Under the pieces are notes generated by a model that saw nothing but the letters and a program-made list of their open reading frames with translations, did not search any database and was not told where the DNA came from. Shown piece after piece: positions 30,650 through 40,421 of a DNA stretch of 54,187 bases. The stretch's first letter is position 1; each line of letters starts with the position of its first letter. Made by a program: the position numbers and the translations under genes. The stretch comes from a virus (lineage: Duplodnaviria > Caudoviricetes). The stretch is taken from positions 1-54,187 of IMG/VR virus record IMGVR_UViG_3300009425_003086, one strand, 5' to 3'.

Positions 30650-30699
30650 AACGTCCGCCTATACGTTACTAATACCTGGCAAATTAAAAATAAAAAATC

Positions 30700-31515
30700 A
30701 TGGCAAAACATGTAGTTGTAAGTCTTAGTGGAGGGATGGACTCCTCAACATTACTATTAAGAGCATTAAAAGAGTACGATACAGTAACAGGTATCTCATT
30801 TGATTATGGTCAAAAGCATAGGGTAGAGCTACAAAGAGCACAATCATTAATTAATTATCTAGCAGATAATAATCATAAAGTAAAATATCGACAAATTAAA
30901 TTAGACGGTTTAGCAGATTTAATAGACTCAGCTTTAGTGGAAGGAGGAGATGACGTACCGGAAGGACATTATGAAAATGATAATATGAAAGAAACTGTTG
31001 TACCTAACAGGAATAAAATGTTTGCTTCAATTACTCAAGCAGTAGCATTATCAGTCGCAAATAGAACAGGAGAAATTTGTGATATTGCTTTAGGAATTCA
31101 TGCTGGAGATCATGCAGTTTATCCTGATTGTAGACAAGAATTTAGAGATGCAGATGATGCAGCTTTTAGAATTGGTAATTGGGAAGCTGATAAAGTAGGG
31201 TATTTTACACCTTACCTTGATACTGATAAATTAGGTATTCTTAAAGATGGTGAATATTTAGTTAAATGGTTAGGGTTAGATTTTGATGAAGTTTATAAGA
31301 GAACTAATACTTCTTACAAACCTTACCCTTCTGGTAATAGTGACTATAAGTCTGCTAGTAGTGTAGAACGTATTGAAGCATTCATAGTTTTGGATCGTAA
31401 TGATCCCGTACAATATGAAGACGAAACCGGACCAGTCGATTACAGTATTGCGAAAAACCATGTTAAAGAAATCTTAGAAAATCACACTCTTACAGCAGAC
31501 TTAGGAAGAGATTAA
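30700..31515 (+). CDS. queC: 7-cyano-7-deazaguanine synthase
   Basis: SLSGGMDS, FDYGQKH, VPNRN, HAGD, YPDCR. Confidence 0.93.
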   Translation: MAKHVVVSLSGGMDSSTLLLRALKEYDTVTGISFDYGQKHRVELQRAQSLINYLADNNHKVKYRQIKLDGLADLIDSALVEGGDDVPEGHYENDNMKETVVPNRNKMFASITQAVALSVANRTGEICDIALGIHAGDHAVYPDCRQEFRDADDAAFRIGNWEADKVGYFTPYLDTDKLGILKDGEYLVKWLGLDFDEVYKRTNTSYKPYPSGNSDYKSASSVERIEAFIVLDRNDPVQYEDETGPVDYSIAKNHVKEILENHTLTADLGRD

Positions 31516-31522
31516 CTAATAT

Positions 31523-32197
31523 ATGGAACACTTGTCTGAGAAGGTAGTATTTACATCAGAAGAATGTAGAAAGATATTAATTATTGCAACACCAAGATCG
31601 AGCTCTACAACATTAGCAAGAGAGTTAGGGAAGGTAATAAATGGTAAAGTAATATACGAACCATACAATAACTATCACCCGGTCTCATCTGCAATTAAAT
31701 TCGACTCAAGTGTGTTACCGGATAGAGTAGTAGTGAAGACAATGATTCACCACAGTCTTAAAGGAGTGGATAGATACGGTAAGACGTTAAATGATAGAAT
31801 GCAGAGCACCTTTTCTTTCTATCTGGAAGAAATAAAAAAATATGATAGGGTAATCTTACTTAGTAGAAAAGATATAAAAGGTGCATATGAAAGTTACAAG
31901 TATCATTTAGATACAAAACCACTAGGAAGATGGCACTCTCCTTACATGTATGAAAAAACAAATTTCGATGTTAGGGTTTATAATGAATTCTTAAAATGGA
32001 ATAGCGCTATAATAGAATTCTCATTAGAAACTGGAATAGAGATAAACTGGTATGAAGACCTATATAGCGGAGACCTAAAGGAATTTAAAGAAGTAGTAGA
32101 TCCCTGGAATTTAGGAGAGAGCTCTACTTCTATTTATAAGAAATTAACAAGTACAAAAAAATATAGGATCACTAATCAAAAAAATACATTAATATGA
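31523..32197 (+). CDS. Sulfotransferase-like P-loop protein
   Basis: IIATPRSSST (5'-PSB-like), YEP, ILLSRKD..YES, WYEDL. Confidence 0.6.
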   Translation: MEHLSEKVVFTSEECRKILIIATPRSSSTTLARELGKVINGKVIYEPYNNYHPVSSAIKFDSSVLPDRVVVKTMIHHSLKGVDRYGKTLNDRMQSTFSFYLEEIKKYDRVILLSRKDIKGAYESYKYHLDTKPLGRWHSPYMYEKTNFDVRVYNEFLKWNSAIIEFSLETGIEINWYEDLYSGDLKEFKEVVDPWNLGESSTSIYKKLTSTKKYRITNQKNTLI

Positions 32198-32643
32198 TAT
32201 ATTGGTTTACAGGTCAACCCGCTCATGGTAAAACAGTACTAGCAAATTTGCTTAAAGAGCACTTAGAAAAGAATAAACTTTTTACATATAAATGCCTCAG
32301 AGTAGACGGCGATGATATGAGGGAGTTATTCTCTAATAAAGACTATTCAATTAAAGGACGAGTGGAAAATGTGGGGACAGCACAACGTATTGCTCACTAC
32401 CTTCATAACCAAGGAGAGGATGTTATTGTATCGTTAGTAGCACCCTATATTGATCAAAGAGAAGATTTTAAAAAACTATTAGGAGATAATATTAAAGAGA
32501 TTTATGTTCATACAACACAACGTAGAGAACGTGATCATTTTAAGGCTATAGCGTATTCAGCCCCTAAAGAGAACTTTATCGATATAGACACAACAGTGGA
32601 TACTCCCAACGAATCTTTTGAAAAAATACTCAAACAGATATAA
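32194..32643 (+). CDS. cysC: Adenylyl-sulfate (APS) kinase
   Basis: WFTGQPAHGKT, VDGDDMR, DYS..GRVENV, IVSLVAP. Confidence 0.85.
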   Translation: MIYWFTGQPAHGKTVLANLLKEHLEKNKLFTYKCLRVDGDDMRELFSNKDYSIKGRVENVGTAQRIAHYLHNQGEDVIVSLVAPYIDQREDFKKLLGDNIKEIYVHTTQRRERDHFKAIAYSAPKENFIDIDTTVDTPNESFEKILKQI

Positions 32644-32981
32644 TGGACAAGAAAGAAACATATTTCTGTGATATCGATGGAACTATCTTTAAATACAGAA
32701 AATTTGAAACTTATTTAGAATCAGAAGTTGAAGTAATAGAGTCTATGAAAGCTTATCTTATAGAAAAGAAAGCTCAAGGTCATATGATTATATTAACAAC
32801 AGCCAGACCCTGGGATATGGAATTACATACACAGTGGGAACTAAGTACAAACAGTATACCTTATGATAGGTTAGTTATGGGTATAGAAAGAGGTCCTAGA
32901 TATCTTATAAACGATATGGACCCTAAAAAACCAGGAGAAAGAGCAATATCAATTAATCTAATTAGAAACAAAGGAATATGA
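32643..32981 (+). CDS. Small HAD-family phosphatase
   Basis: FCDIDGT, LTTAR, IND motifs. Confidence 0.75.
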   Translation: MDKKETYFCDIDGTIFKYRKFETYLESEVEVIESMKAYLIEKKAQGHMIILTTARPWDMELHTQWELSTNSIPYDRLVMGIERGPRYLINDMDPKKPGERAISINLIRNKGI

Positions 32982-33331
32982 GTAAATTCAGCTTATTTAT
33001 TGGAAGGTGGCAACCATGGCATGCAGGTCATAGATGGTTAATTGACCAGAGACTAAAAGAAGGTAAGAATGTATGGTTAGCAATTAGAGATATAGAACCT
33101 AATGAAAACCAACCTTGGACACCTCACGAAATACTAATGAATATATCAGAAGAACTAAAAGACTTAATATCAGAAGGAAGAGTAAAGATTACAATTATTC
33201 CTGATATTGAATCTATTAATTACGGAAGAGGAGTTGGATATGATATTATTGAGCATGTACCGCCCACAGAAATAAAAGAAGTATCAGCAACAAAGATTAG
33301 AGCTAAATTAAGAAAAGAAGGGAAATTGTGA
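32978..33331 (+). CDS. HIGH-family (cytidylyltransferase-like) nucleotidyltransferase
   Basis: GRWQPWHAGH, GRGVGY, SATKIR. Confidence 0.8.
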   Translation: MSKFSLFIGRWQPWHAGHRWLIDQRLKEGKNVWLAIRDIEPNENQPWTPHEILMNISEELKDLISEGRVKITIIPDIESINYGRGVGYDIIEHVPPTEIKEVSATKIRAKLRKEGKL

Positions 33332-33840
33332 AATACCTAATAGCCACTGCAAGATCAGGATCAACTAACCTACAAAAATATTTAGGGAAGATAATGCCAT
33401 TAGAGCAAGTACAAAAAGCCCTAATACACAGAGTTCCTGAAAGGTATGGTTCTATGTTTGAGTATGCTGATAATTTACTAACTCATTTTCCAAACAGTTT
33501 TTTACTAGATAGAAGAGATAAACAGTTACAAGCAGAATCACTTTGTTTTAGAAAAATCAAATATGGAGATGCTTTTAAACACTACCACCATCAAGAATAT
33601 TACGATACTTTAAATGATGATTATATTTCTAATGCAATAATTAATTTCGAAGAGCAATCTAAGGTTATTAAAGAGATTAGTTTGAAATATAAAATTAATA
33701 TCTTATATTACGAAGACATCTTTAAGAATATAGAAAAAGTGCAAGAATTAGGTATTTATCATAAAAGACTCTATAATGAGTTTTTAGACCCTAAACATAA
33801 GTCACGGTTAATAAATCAAACACCAAAAACAATAGTATAA
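33328..33840 (+). CDS. Sulfotransferase-like protein
   Basis: IATARSGST, LDRRDKQLQAES, YYEDIF; paralogous layout to 31523 gene. Confidence 0.55.
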   Translation: MKYLIATARSGSTNLQKYLGKIMPLEQVQKALIHRVPERYGSMFEYADNLLTHFPNSFLLDRRDKQLQAESLCFRKIKYGDAFKHYHHQEYYDTLNDDYISNAIINFEEQSKVIKEISLKYKINILYYEDIFKNIEKVQELGIYHKRLYNEFLDPKHKSRLINQTPKTIV

Positions 33841-34050
33841 ATGGTCGGTTACAGAAGACATATAGCAAAGACAGTATCATGGAGAATAATTGGTACATTA
33901 GATACAATAGTACTATCAGGATTAATAACAGGATCATGGACAACAGGGTTAACAATAGGAGGAATTGAAGTTATAACCAAAATGGTTTTATACTTTGCAC
34001 ATGAAAGAGCATGGTACCGCTTCAGTAAATTTGGAATAAAGAAGAAATGA
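33841..34050 (+). CDS. DUF2061-like small membrane protein
   Basis: RHIAKTVSWRIIGT...YFAHERAW. Confidence 0.85.
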   Translation: MVGYRRHIAKTVSWRIIGTLDTIVLSGLITGSWTTGLTIGGIEVITKMVLYFAHERAWYRFSKFGIKKK

Positions 34051-35705
34051 GACAATTAGGATTATCAGCATTTTACCATGACTCAGCAGCCTGCTTAGTA
34101 GAGAATGGTAAAGTACTGTATGCAGTAGAAGAAGAAAGATTCACTCAAACAAAACACGACAGTGCATTTCCATATAACTCTATAGACTGGATTCTAAAAG
34201 AAGCTAAGTTAGAGATTGGCGATATAGATGAAGTATGTTGGTATGAACGTCCTAATGATAAGAAGAAAAGAGTAGATGAGATGTTTAGTAGACATCCATA
34301 CAAAACATTTTTCTTAAAAAGACAATTTCGAAAAGATTTTGAACTTAATAATCCAAAAGTTTTATTAGAAAATCATTATGGTTATAAAGGAAAGATTAAA
34401 TACATTCCTCATCATTTATCTCATGCTGCATTCGCTTATTACACCTCTAGTTACAAATCCGCTGCCATTCTAACTGTAGATGGAGTAGGAGAAGAACAAA
34501 CAATTACAATCAATAAAGGAACTGGTAATGATATTAAATTACTAAAATCAATAAACTTCCCTAACTCATTAGGGATGTACTACTCAGCTATGACTTCTTT
34601 CTTAGGCTTTAAACCTAATGAAGGTGAGTATAAGGTTATGGGACTAGCAGCATGGGGGAATAAAACTAAATATACAGAACAACTTTCAAAAGTATTTAAA
34701 CCTAAACTATACACGTTTGATATAGATTTAAAATACTTCCCTTGGGAGTATACTGATCAAATTATGTTTAATAAATCACTATGTAAACTGTTAGGAATGC
34801 CTAATCGACTACCTGAAGACGAGTTAACCCAAGACCACAAAGATTTAGCATCATCAGTACAGTATTTATATGAAAAATACTTTTTAAAATTAGTAGAACA
34901 TACTAAACATTTAACTAAGGCGGAGAATTTATGTTTATCTGGAGGATGTGCTTATAATGGAGTAGCCAATGGGAAAGCCTATAAGTATTTTAAGAGTATA
35001 CACGTGCCATTTGCACCCTCTGATGCAGGCTCAGCAATAGGAGCATGTTTGTATAGTAATAGTAAGAAAAGAGTAGATAATACATCTCCATTTTTAGGAC
35101 CTTCTTATAGTAGAGGTAGAATTGAAGAAGCTATTAAACACAATATGTTATATATTAAAGTATACAACCTAAAGGAAGATATAATGCTCAAAAGAGTGTC
35201 TCAAATGATTCATGCCGGAAGAATTATATGTTGGTTTCAAGGATCAATGGAATTTGGAGCTAGAGCACTAGGTAATAGGAGTATTTTAGCAACCCCATTA
35301 GACCCTAATATGACAGTAAAGTTAAACGCTATTATAAAAAAGAGAGAAGGGTTTAGACCCTTTGCACCTTCTATTATAGAAGAAGAAGCTAGTAAGTATT
35401 TTGATATGAATGAACCATCGCCGTATATGAGCTTTGTGTTTCCGGTAAAAAATAAATACCTAAAAGCTATTACTCATATCAACAATTCAGCTAGAGTACA
35501 GACAGTTAATAAGGATTTTAATCCTAAGTATTATAAACTACTAAAAGCGATGAAAACAGTATCTAATCATCCAGTAGTACTTAATACATCTTTTAACTTG
35601 AAAGATCAAGTTATAACAGATTCACCGGAAAGAGCTATAAAAAGATTTCTTTCTAGTGAAATGGATGCATTAGTAATTAATAATTTTTTAATATTTAAGA
35701 AATGA
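34047..35705 (+). CDS. Carbamoyltransferase (NodU/CmcH family), second copy
   Basis: YHDSAA, EEERF..KH, HHLSHA, DGVGE, EYKVMGLA, GARALGNRS, RPFAP, LNTSFN. Confidence 0.93.
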   Translation: MRQLGLSAFYHDSAACLVENGKVLYAVEEERFTQTKHDSAFPYNSIDWILKEAKLEIGDIDEVCWYERPNDKKKRVDEMFSRHPYKTFFLKRQFRKDFELNNPKVLLENHYGYKGKIKYIPHHLSHAAFAYYTSSYKSAAILTVDGVGEEQTITINKGTGNDIKLLKSINFPNSLGMYYSAMTSFLGFKPNEGEYKVMGLAAWGNKTKYTEQLSKVFKPKLYTFDIDLKYFPWEYTDQIMFNKSLCKLLGMPNRLPEDELTQDHKDLASSVQYLYEKYFLKLVEHTKHLTKAENLCLSGGCAYNGVANGKAYKYFKSIHVPFAPSDAGSAIGACLYSNSKKRVDNTSPFLGPSYSRGRIEEAIKHNMLYIKVYNLKEDIMLKRVSQMIHAGRIICWFQGSMEFGARALGNRSILATPLDPNMTVKLNAIIKKREGFRPFAPSIIEEEASKYFDMNEPSPYMSFVFPVKNKYLKAITHINNSARVQTVNKDFNPKYYKLLKAMKTVSNHPVVLNTSFNLKDQVITDSPERAIKRFLSSEMDALVINNFLIFKK

Positions 35706-35812
35706 TAAAATGGATAAAGCGAAAAATCGCAGAATACAAAAGAGAGAAAGCATACCAAAGAAAGATTAAGGAATTAAAGAAAAGAGATCCTTTTACATAT
35801 AAAAACTTTTAA
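35702..35812 (+). CDS. Small basic peptide (36 aa)
   Basis: ATGA overlap; MIKWIKRKIAEYKREKAYQRKIKELKKRDPFTYKNF; below ORF-track cutoff. Confidence 0.55.
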   Translation: MIKWIKRKIAEYKREKAYQRKIKELKKRDPFTYKNF

Positions 35813-35821
35813 TGGGAATAG

Positions 35822-35852
35822 TTGTTTATTAACAGTATATTTCTTATATTGT
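35822..35852 (+). promoter_or_regulatory. Bacteroidota-type -33/-7 promoter of queD operon
   Basis: TTG-N20-TATATTGT. Confidence 0.7.
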
Positions 35853-35861
35853 ATATGACAA

Positions 35862-35892
35862 TAGTGTCGTAGCACCACTTTAAAAACACTAA
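35862..35892 (+). ncRNA. Candidate preQ1 class I-like riboswitch
   Basis: P1 AGUG/CACU, loop UCGUAGCAC, A-rich tail and CUAA able to pair with loop UAG; directly before queD ATG. Confidence 0.5.
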
Positions 35893-35893
35893 T

Positions 35894-36361
35894 ATGAATA
35901 AATTTCAATCTACTAAAGTCTTCGATGGCTTTTCTACTGTTTTTCGACAGTGGCGTGCAGAATCAACACACTGCAAGTACCTTCATGGATATGGAATATC
36001 TTTTAAAATTTGGTTCGAAGGAGAATTAGACGAACGCAATTGGGTCTGGGATTTCGGAGGAATGAAAAGAGCAAAAGGTCAAATTGATGGAAAATCTGCT
36101 AAAGCATGGATGGACCATATGTTCGACCATACTTTCCTTGTAGCCGAAGATGATCCTTTCTTAGAATCTTTTCTTAAAATGGATGAAGCAGGAGTAGCTC
36201 AGGTAAGAGTAATCCCCGCAACAGGAGGAGAAAGATTCGCTCAATTTATATACGATAAAATAAATCCTTTTATCTTAGAGGAAACCGAAAATAGAGTAAA
36301 AATAGCAAGAGTAGAATTTAGAGAACACGCAAAAAATACAGCAATCTATGAGCCTAGGTAG
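35894..36361 (+). CDS. queD: 6-carboxy-5,6,7,8-tetrahydropterin synthase
   Basis: HCKYLHGY, WVWDFG, FDHT, EFREH. Confidence 0.88.
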   Translation: MNKFQSTKVFDGFSTVFRQWRAESTHCKYLHGYGISFKIWFEGELDERNWVWDFGGMKRAKGQIDGKSAKAWMDHMFDHTFLVAEDDPFLESFLKMDEAGVAQVRVIPATGGERFAQFIYDKINPFILEETENRVKIARVEFREHAKNTAIYEPR

Positions 36362-37127
36362 AGTAGAAGACTACGAAAAGAACTTACCAATTGTAGAGAT
36401 ATATACCGCAGTACAGTCAGAAGGCTCAAGAGCTGGTTACCCAACTGTGGTAATAAGAACTACTGGTTGTACCCATAGATGCTACTTTGGTGAAGGAGGT
36501 TGGTGTGATAGTTGGTATACTTCTATTCACCCGGAAAAAGGCCAATACTGCTTCAACGACATTATTGCAGCGTATAAGAAAAACCCTCATATAACAGAAA
36601 TGATGCTAACTGGAGGATCTCCTACGATGCATGGAAAACTTGTTAATGAACTAACCCACTTTGCTAATGAAAATAATATATTTATTACAATCGAAACTGA
36701 AGGAAGTCATTTTCTCCCTACGGATTATCCTATCAATCTGCTTTCTATCAGTCCCAAATTCTCTAATTCGGTACCTGTACTTGGAGTGGCAACACCACAA
36801 GATAAGATTACGGACGAAAGGATGATAAAACAACATAATAAGTTTAGACTTAATTATAAAGCAATAGAAAACTCAATAAATTATCATTTAGATTATCATA
36901 TTAAACCGGTATGGGATGGAAAAGACGAAGAAGCTTTAATTGAAATTCTTAGTTTTAATACTAAACTTAAAATTCCTAGAGATAAGGTGTACTTTATGCC
37001 AGCAGGCGACACTAGAGAAAGTTTACAAAAATCATATCCATTAGTATTTGACTGGGTAAGGGATAATGGACATAGAATGACCTGGAGACCACATATCATA
37101 GCCTTCGAATCCCAAAGAGAAGTATAA
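36348..37127 (+). CDS. queE: 7-carboxy-7-deazaguanine synthase (radical SAM)
   Basis: [16 protein letters not shown]-x7-CDS (extended motif), TGGSP, IETEG, SISPK. Confidence 0.9.
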   Translation: MSLGRVEDYEKNLPIVEIYTAVQSEGSRAGYPTVVIRTTGCTHRCYFGEGGWCDSWYTSIHPEKGQYCFNDIIAAYKKNPHITEMMLTGGSPTMHGKLVNELTHFANENNIFITIETEGSHFLPTDYPINLLSISPKFSNSVPVLGVATPQDKITDERMIKQHNKFRLNYKAIENSINYHLDYHIKPVWDGKDEEALIEILSFNTKLKIPRDKVYFMPAGDTRESLQKSYPLVFDWVRDNGHRMTWRPHIIAFESQREV

Positions 37128-37438
37128 TGAGTTATATAATAGGAAATGCCTGTGTGAGTACTTGTGACACCTCCTGTGTAAATGTCTGCCCAGTTGCTTG
37201 TATTCACGGCCCTATTAATATAGATGGAGAAGGAGCAGAAGTTGCAAATATGACAAAAGAAGAGCTTATAGGAAAGAGCTTATATATTAATCCTGATGAA
37301 TGTATTGACTGTGGAGCTTGCATCCCGGAATGTCCTGTCGACGCAATATATGGATCAGAAGAAGAAGCAATAGAAGCAGGAGAATTAAAAGCAGTTAACA
37401 ATAATTATGAATTTTTTAATTTAAAATATGACAAATAA
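37127..37438 (+). CDS. Ferredoxin (FdxA/7Fe-type)
   Basis: [18 protein letters not shown] and [16 protein letters not shown]. Confidence 0.92.
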   Translation: MSYIIGNACVSTCDTSCVNVCPVACIHGPINIDGEGAEVANMTKEELIGKSLYINPDECIDCGACIPECPVDAIYGSEEEAIEAGELKAVNNNYEFFNLKYDK

Positions 37439-37604
37439 CGATTTTATACAATGGTGCAGAGGTTTTGTAAATGGAGCACATTCATTTAATATTTTACCAA
37501 AGCAGTGGACAGAATTTAAAGAAAAATTAACAACCGTTAAGGATAACACTCCAACAACATGGATCACTACACCAGGATGGTCTCAAACTACAACATGGGA
37601 GTAA
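37428..37604 (+). CDS. Small hypothetical protein (58 aa)
   Basis: [14 protein letters not shown]...; fills the gap between ferredoxin and PRTase; not in ORF track. Confidence 0.55.
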   Translation: MTNNDFIQWCRGFVNGAHSFNILPKQWTEFKEKLTTVKDNTPTTWITTPGWSQTTTWE

Positions 37605-37999
37605 AAAAAATATACTTAACTTATGATGATGTAGATTCTTTATTAGATAAGATTTATGAACAGGTAGAGGATGAAGGTTTTAAACAAGTAACTGGAATTC
37701 CAAGAGGAGGAACTATTCTCGCCATTTTATATTCTCATAAATACGGAATAAAATATACTCATAATATAGTTAACGAATCAGACCTATTAGTATTAGATGA
37801 TATAGCAGATTCAGGAGCTACTCTAAAAAAGGAGAGTGAACTCTACCCTGATGTTACGTTTGCTACTCTACATTATAAAGCTGAGTCAGTATATGAACCA
37901 GAGTATTACGCAAAATACATTATTGCAGAGTATGGCTGGGTTGTGTACCCATGGGAGCAAAGTAATTCAAATCCCATACAAGATTATTTGGAAAATTAA
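37595..37999 (+). CDS. Purine phosphoribosyltransferase-like protein
   Basis: GIPRGG, LVLDDIADSGAT (PRPP loop), WVVYPWE; ATG at 37595 preferred. Confidence 0.88.
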   Translation: MGVKKIYLTYDDVDSLLDKIYEQVEDEGFKQVTGIPRGGTILAILYSHKYGIKYTHNIVNESDLLVLDDIADSGATLKKESELYPDVTFATLHYKAESVYEPEYYAKYIIAEYGWVVYPWEQSNSNPIQDYLEN

Positions 38000-38018
38000 A
38001 AAAAAATTCTTATATTAA
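37988..38018 (+). promoter_or_regulatory. Bacteroidota-type -33/-7 promoter, 5 nt before folE ATG
   Basis: TTG-N20-TATATTAA. Confidence 0.65.
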
Positions 38019-38023
38019 GATAT

Positions 38024-38734
38024 ATGAAAAGATTTATAGAAGGAACAGAATTAGTTAAAGCAGGTTATGCTAACGGAATATCAACACAGTTAGCAGATTT
38101 ACAACCTGAGTTCGGAATGCAAGCATCTTTGACAGCAAAAGAAAAGCAAGGCATAATAGATTTAGCAGCAGTACAGTATGGAAACTTTCTAACTGCACTA
38201 GGTTGTGATTGGAAGAATGATCCTAACTCATCTGATACTCCTATGAGAGTAGCAAAAGCTTATGTTAATGATTTATGGAAAGGAAGATATGAACCATTGA
38301 CAGACATTACAACATTCCCATCAGATGGTTATGACGGAATTGTACAAGAGAGCAATATACCTTTAACTTCTATGTGCTCTCACCATCACCAGACAATTGG
38401 AGGTAGAGTAAGTATAGCATATGTTCCATCTAAAGATGGTAAGGTAGTTGGTCTGTCTAAACTAAACAGGATAGTAGAACACTTTGGAAGACGAGGAGCA
38501 ATACAAGAACAATTAACAGTCGCTATCTGGAACGCAGTAAATAAAATATGTGAAGGAAATATAGGAGTAGCTGTAATGATAGATGCTACTCATAATTGTG
38601 TAAGTTGTAGAGGAATAAAACATCACAGCGCATCAATGCAGACAGCAAAACTTACAGGCTGCTTCTTAGACGAATCTTCAGCTAGAGCAGAATTTTATAA
38701 TAATATTAAATTAGCATACAAGTGTAAAAATTAA
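38024..38734 (+). CDS. folE: GTP cyclohydrolase I
   Basis: DTPMRVAK, SMCSHH, GLSKLNR, QEQLT, HNCVSCRG. Confidence 0.95.
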   Translation: MKRFIEGTELVKAGYANGISTQLADLQPEFGMQASLTAKEKQGIIDLAAVQYGNFLTALGCDWKNDPNSSDTPMRVAKAYVNDLWKGRYEPLTDITTFPSDGYDGIVQESNIPLTSMCSHHHQTIGGRVSIAYVPSKDGKVVGLSKLNRIVEHFGRRGAIQEQLTVAIWNAVNKICEGNIGVAVMIDATHNCVSCRGIKHHSASMQTAKLTGCFLDESSARAEFYNNIKLAYKCKN

Positions 38735-38739
38735 AAATA

Positions 38740-38856
38740 ATGAATATAAAAAGACAAATTGCTGTAATTAATCAATCATATAAAATAAATAAAAGATTAC
38801 AAGTAATAGAAAAGAAAATTGATATAGTATTAGAAAAAATTAAAAATAATGAGTAA
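38740..38856 (+). CDS. Small hypothetical peptide (38 aa)
   Basis: Fills gap between folE and next gene and overlaps its start. Confidence 0.35.
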   Translation: MNIKRQIAVINQSYKINKRLQVIEKKIDIVLEKIKNNE

Positions 38857-39415
38857 ACAATTAAAATTATTTCCAGATGAAGCAGATCACGTATGGGTTA
38901 ACGATTACGTTCCATTCGTATCAGAAGTAGAAAAATTTAACGACGTATTTAATAAACCTAACAATTATGAGCCCACTATTCCGATTAAAAAAGAATGGCA
39001 ATTCGTATACGACTTTATCCTCGAAGAACTTGAAGAATATAGAGAAGCTTGCGAACGAGGCGACATTGTGGAAATTCTGGACGCTTTGTGCGATATTGCT
39101 TATGTTTCCCTTGGGAACGGTACTATGTTACATGGCCTTAAAGACAAGATATGGCCAGCCTATCAAGAAGTACAAGGAAGTAATCTTAGTAAAGCTTGTA
39201 AAACTAAAAAAGAAGCCATACAGACCGTCAGCGAAAGAAGTCAGGAGCAAAGTGAGGCCTGTCATTTTGAGAAAGTTGAGGAAGGAAGGTATATTGTCTA
39301 TAGAACAAGAGACAGAAAAGTAATGAAAAGTATCAACTACTATAGACCAGACCTTACTCAATTCTTTACAACTGATGAGTTAAAGAAATTTCACCAACCT
39401 GAAGCAATTATATAA
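38849..39415 (+). CDS. MazG-like all-alpha NTP pyrophosphohydrolase
   Basis: EELEEY..A, EILDALCDIAYV, EVQGSNLSK, KVMK. Confidence 0.85.
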   Translation: MSKQLKLFPDEADHVWVNDYVPFVSEVEKFNDVFNKPNNYEPTIPIKKEWQFVYDFILEELEEYREACERGDIVEILDALCDIAYVSLGNGTMLHGLKDKIWPAYQEVQGSNLSKACKTKKEAIQTVSERSQEQSEACHFEKVEEGRYIVYRTRDRKVMKSINYYRPDLTQFFTTDELKKFHQPEAII

Positions 39416-39630
39416 TGAGCCTTAAATTAGAAGAACACGTAGTTTATATAGAATCAATGAAAACTGATATGATTCCTTATAGTGTAGTTAAACAATATTT
39501 AGTAGAGACAGTTGCAGAGCAACAACCTGCATTAGATAATATTACTAATACAGTCCAGAAAGCAGAGACCGAAATATTTACTGCGTTAAATGACTTAACA
39601 AAAGAACTTGGGAACCTAAATAAGTTATGA
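39415..39630 (+). CDS. Hypothetical protein
   Basis: 71 aa, overlapping start/stop with both neighbours. Confidence 0.6.
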   Translation: MSLKLEEHVVYIESMKTDMIPYSVVKQYLVETVAEQQPALDNITNTVQKAETEIFTALNDLTKELGNLNKL

Positions 39631-40421
39631 TAAAAATAGCACACGAAAGTCCTAAAAGTATATTTAATAAAGTTCAACAGTATACTGATTATGATTATGC
39701 TTTAGTACATTTGTTTGAAGAAGATAAAGAATACTTGCAGCAATTCAAAACTGCAATTTCGAATGGACGTGAAGTTATTTTAGATAATTCAATATTCGAA
39801 TTAGAAGAAGCATTTGATGCTGAAGAGTTTGCTAAATGGATTAAACATTTAAAACCTACCTGGTATATAGTTCCGGATGTATTAGAAAATAGTGTTAAGA
39901 CTCAAAGTCAAATGTATTCTTGGTTATTTGATCACAAAAACTTACCCGGTAAGATGATTGGAGTAGTACAAGGTAAAACATATGATGAAATAGTAAGTTG
40001 TTATAAATATATGGATAGATCTGCAAATGTAGATATGATAGCAATATCTTTTGATTATTCGTATTACACAAAATCTTGTCCTCATCCTAATAAGTATGTT
40101 AGTTGGATGCTAGGACGTGTTAAGCTACTAGGAGATCTACTAAAAGACGGTATTATAAACACTGATAAACCTCACCACCTATTAGGAAGTTCATTACCTC
40201 AAGAATTTAGTTTCTATAAAAATTCTAATTACGATTGGATATATTCTTTAGATACTTCTAACCCAATAGTACATGGTATTAAAGGTATTGAATACGGTAC
40301 TGACGGTCTTTGGGATAAGGAATCTCAAAAGTTATTTGAATTAATAAATTATAAAGTTGAAGATTGTAATAAGATAATGACTAATTTACAGAAATTTAAA
40401 TGGTTTACTAATGGAAACTAA
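39627..40421 (+). CDS. TGT-fold guanine transglycosylase (DpdA-like, possibly DpdA3)
   Basis: VILDNS, IVPDV, GVVQG, HHLLG and SLDTS occur in the order of TGT/DpdA TIM-barrel motifs; lies among que genes. Confidence 0.7.
   Translation: MIKIAHESPKSIFNKVQQYTDYDYALVHLFEEDKEYLQQFKTAISNGREVILDNSIFELEEAFDAEEFAKWIKHLKPTWYIVPDVLENSVKTQSQMYSWLFDHKNLPGKMIGVVQGKTYDEIVSCYKYMDRSANVDMIAISFDYSYYTKSCPHPNKYVSWMLGRVKLLGDLLKDGIINTDKPHHLLGSSLPQEFSFYKNSNYDWIYSLDTSNPIVHGIKGIEYGTDGLWDKESQKLFELINYKVEDCNKIMTNLQKFKWFTNGN

Noticed and set aside
38967-39323. Alternative-frame + strand ORFs (also 11663-11938, 20438-20677, 51086-51283, 51559-51786)
   Set aside because: Nested in or overlapping recognisable genes, with no motifs or initiation context
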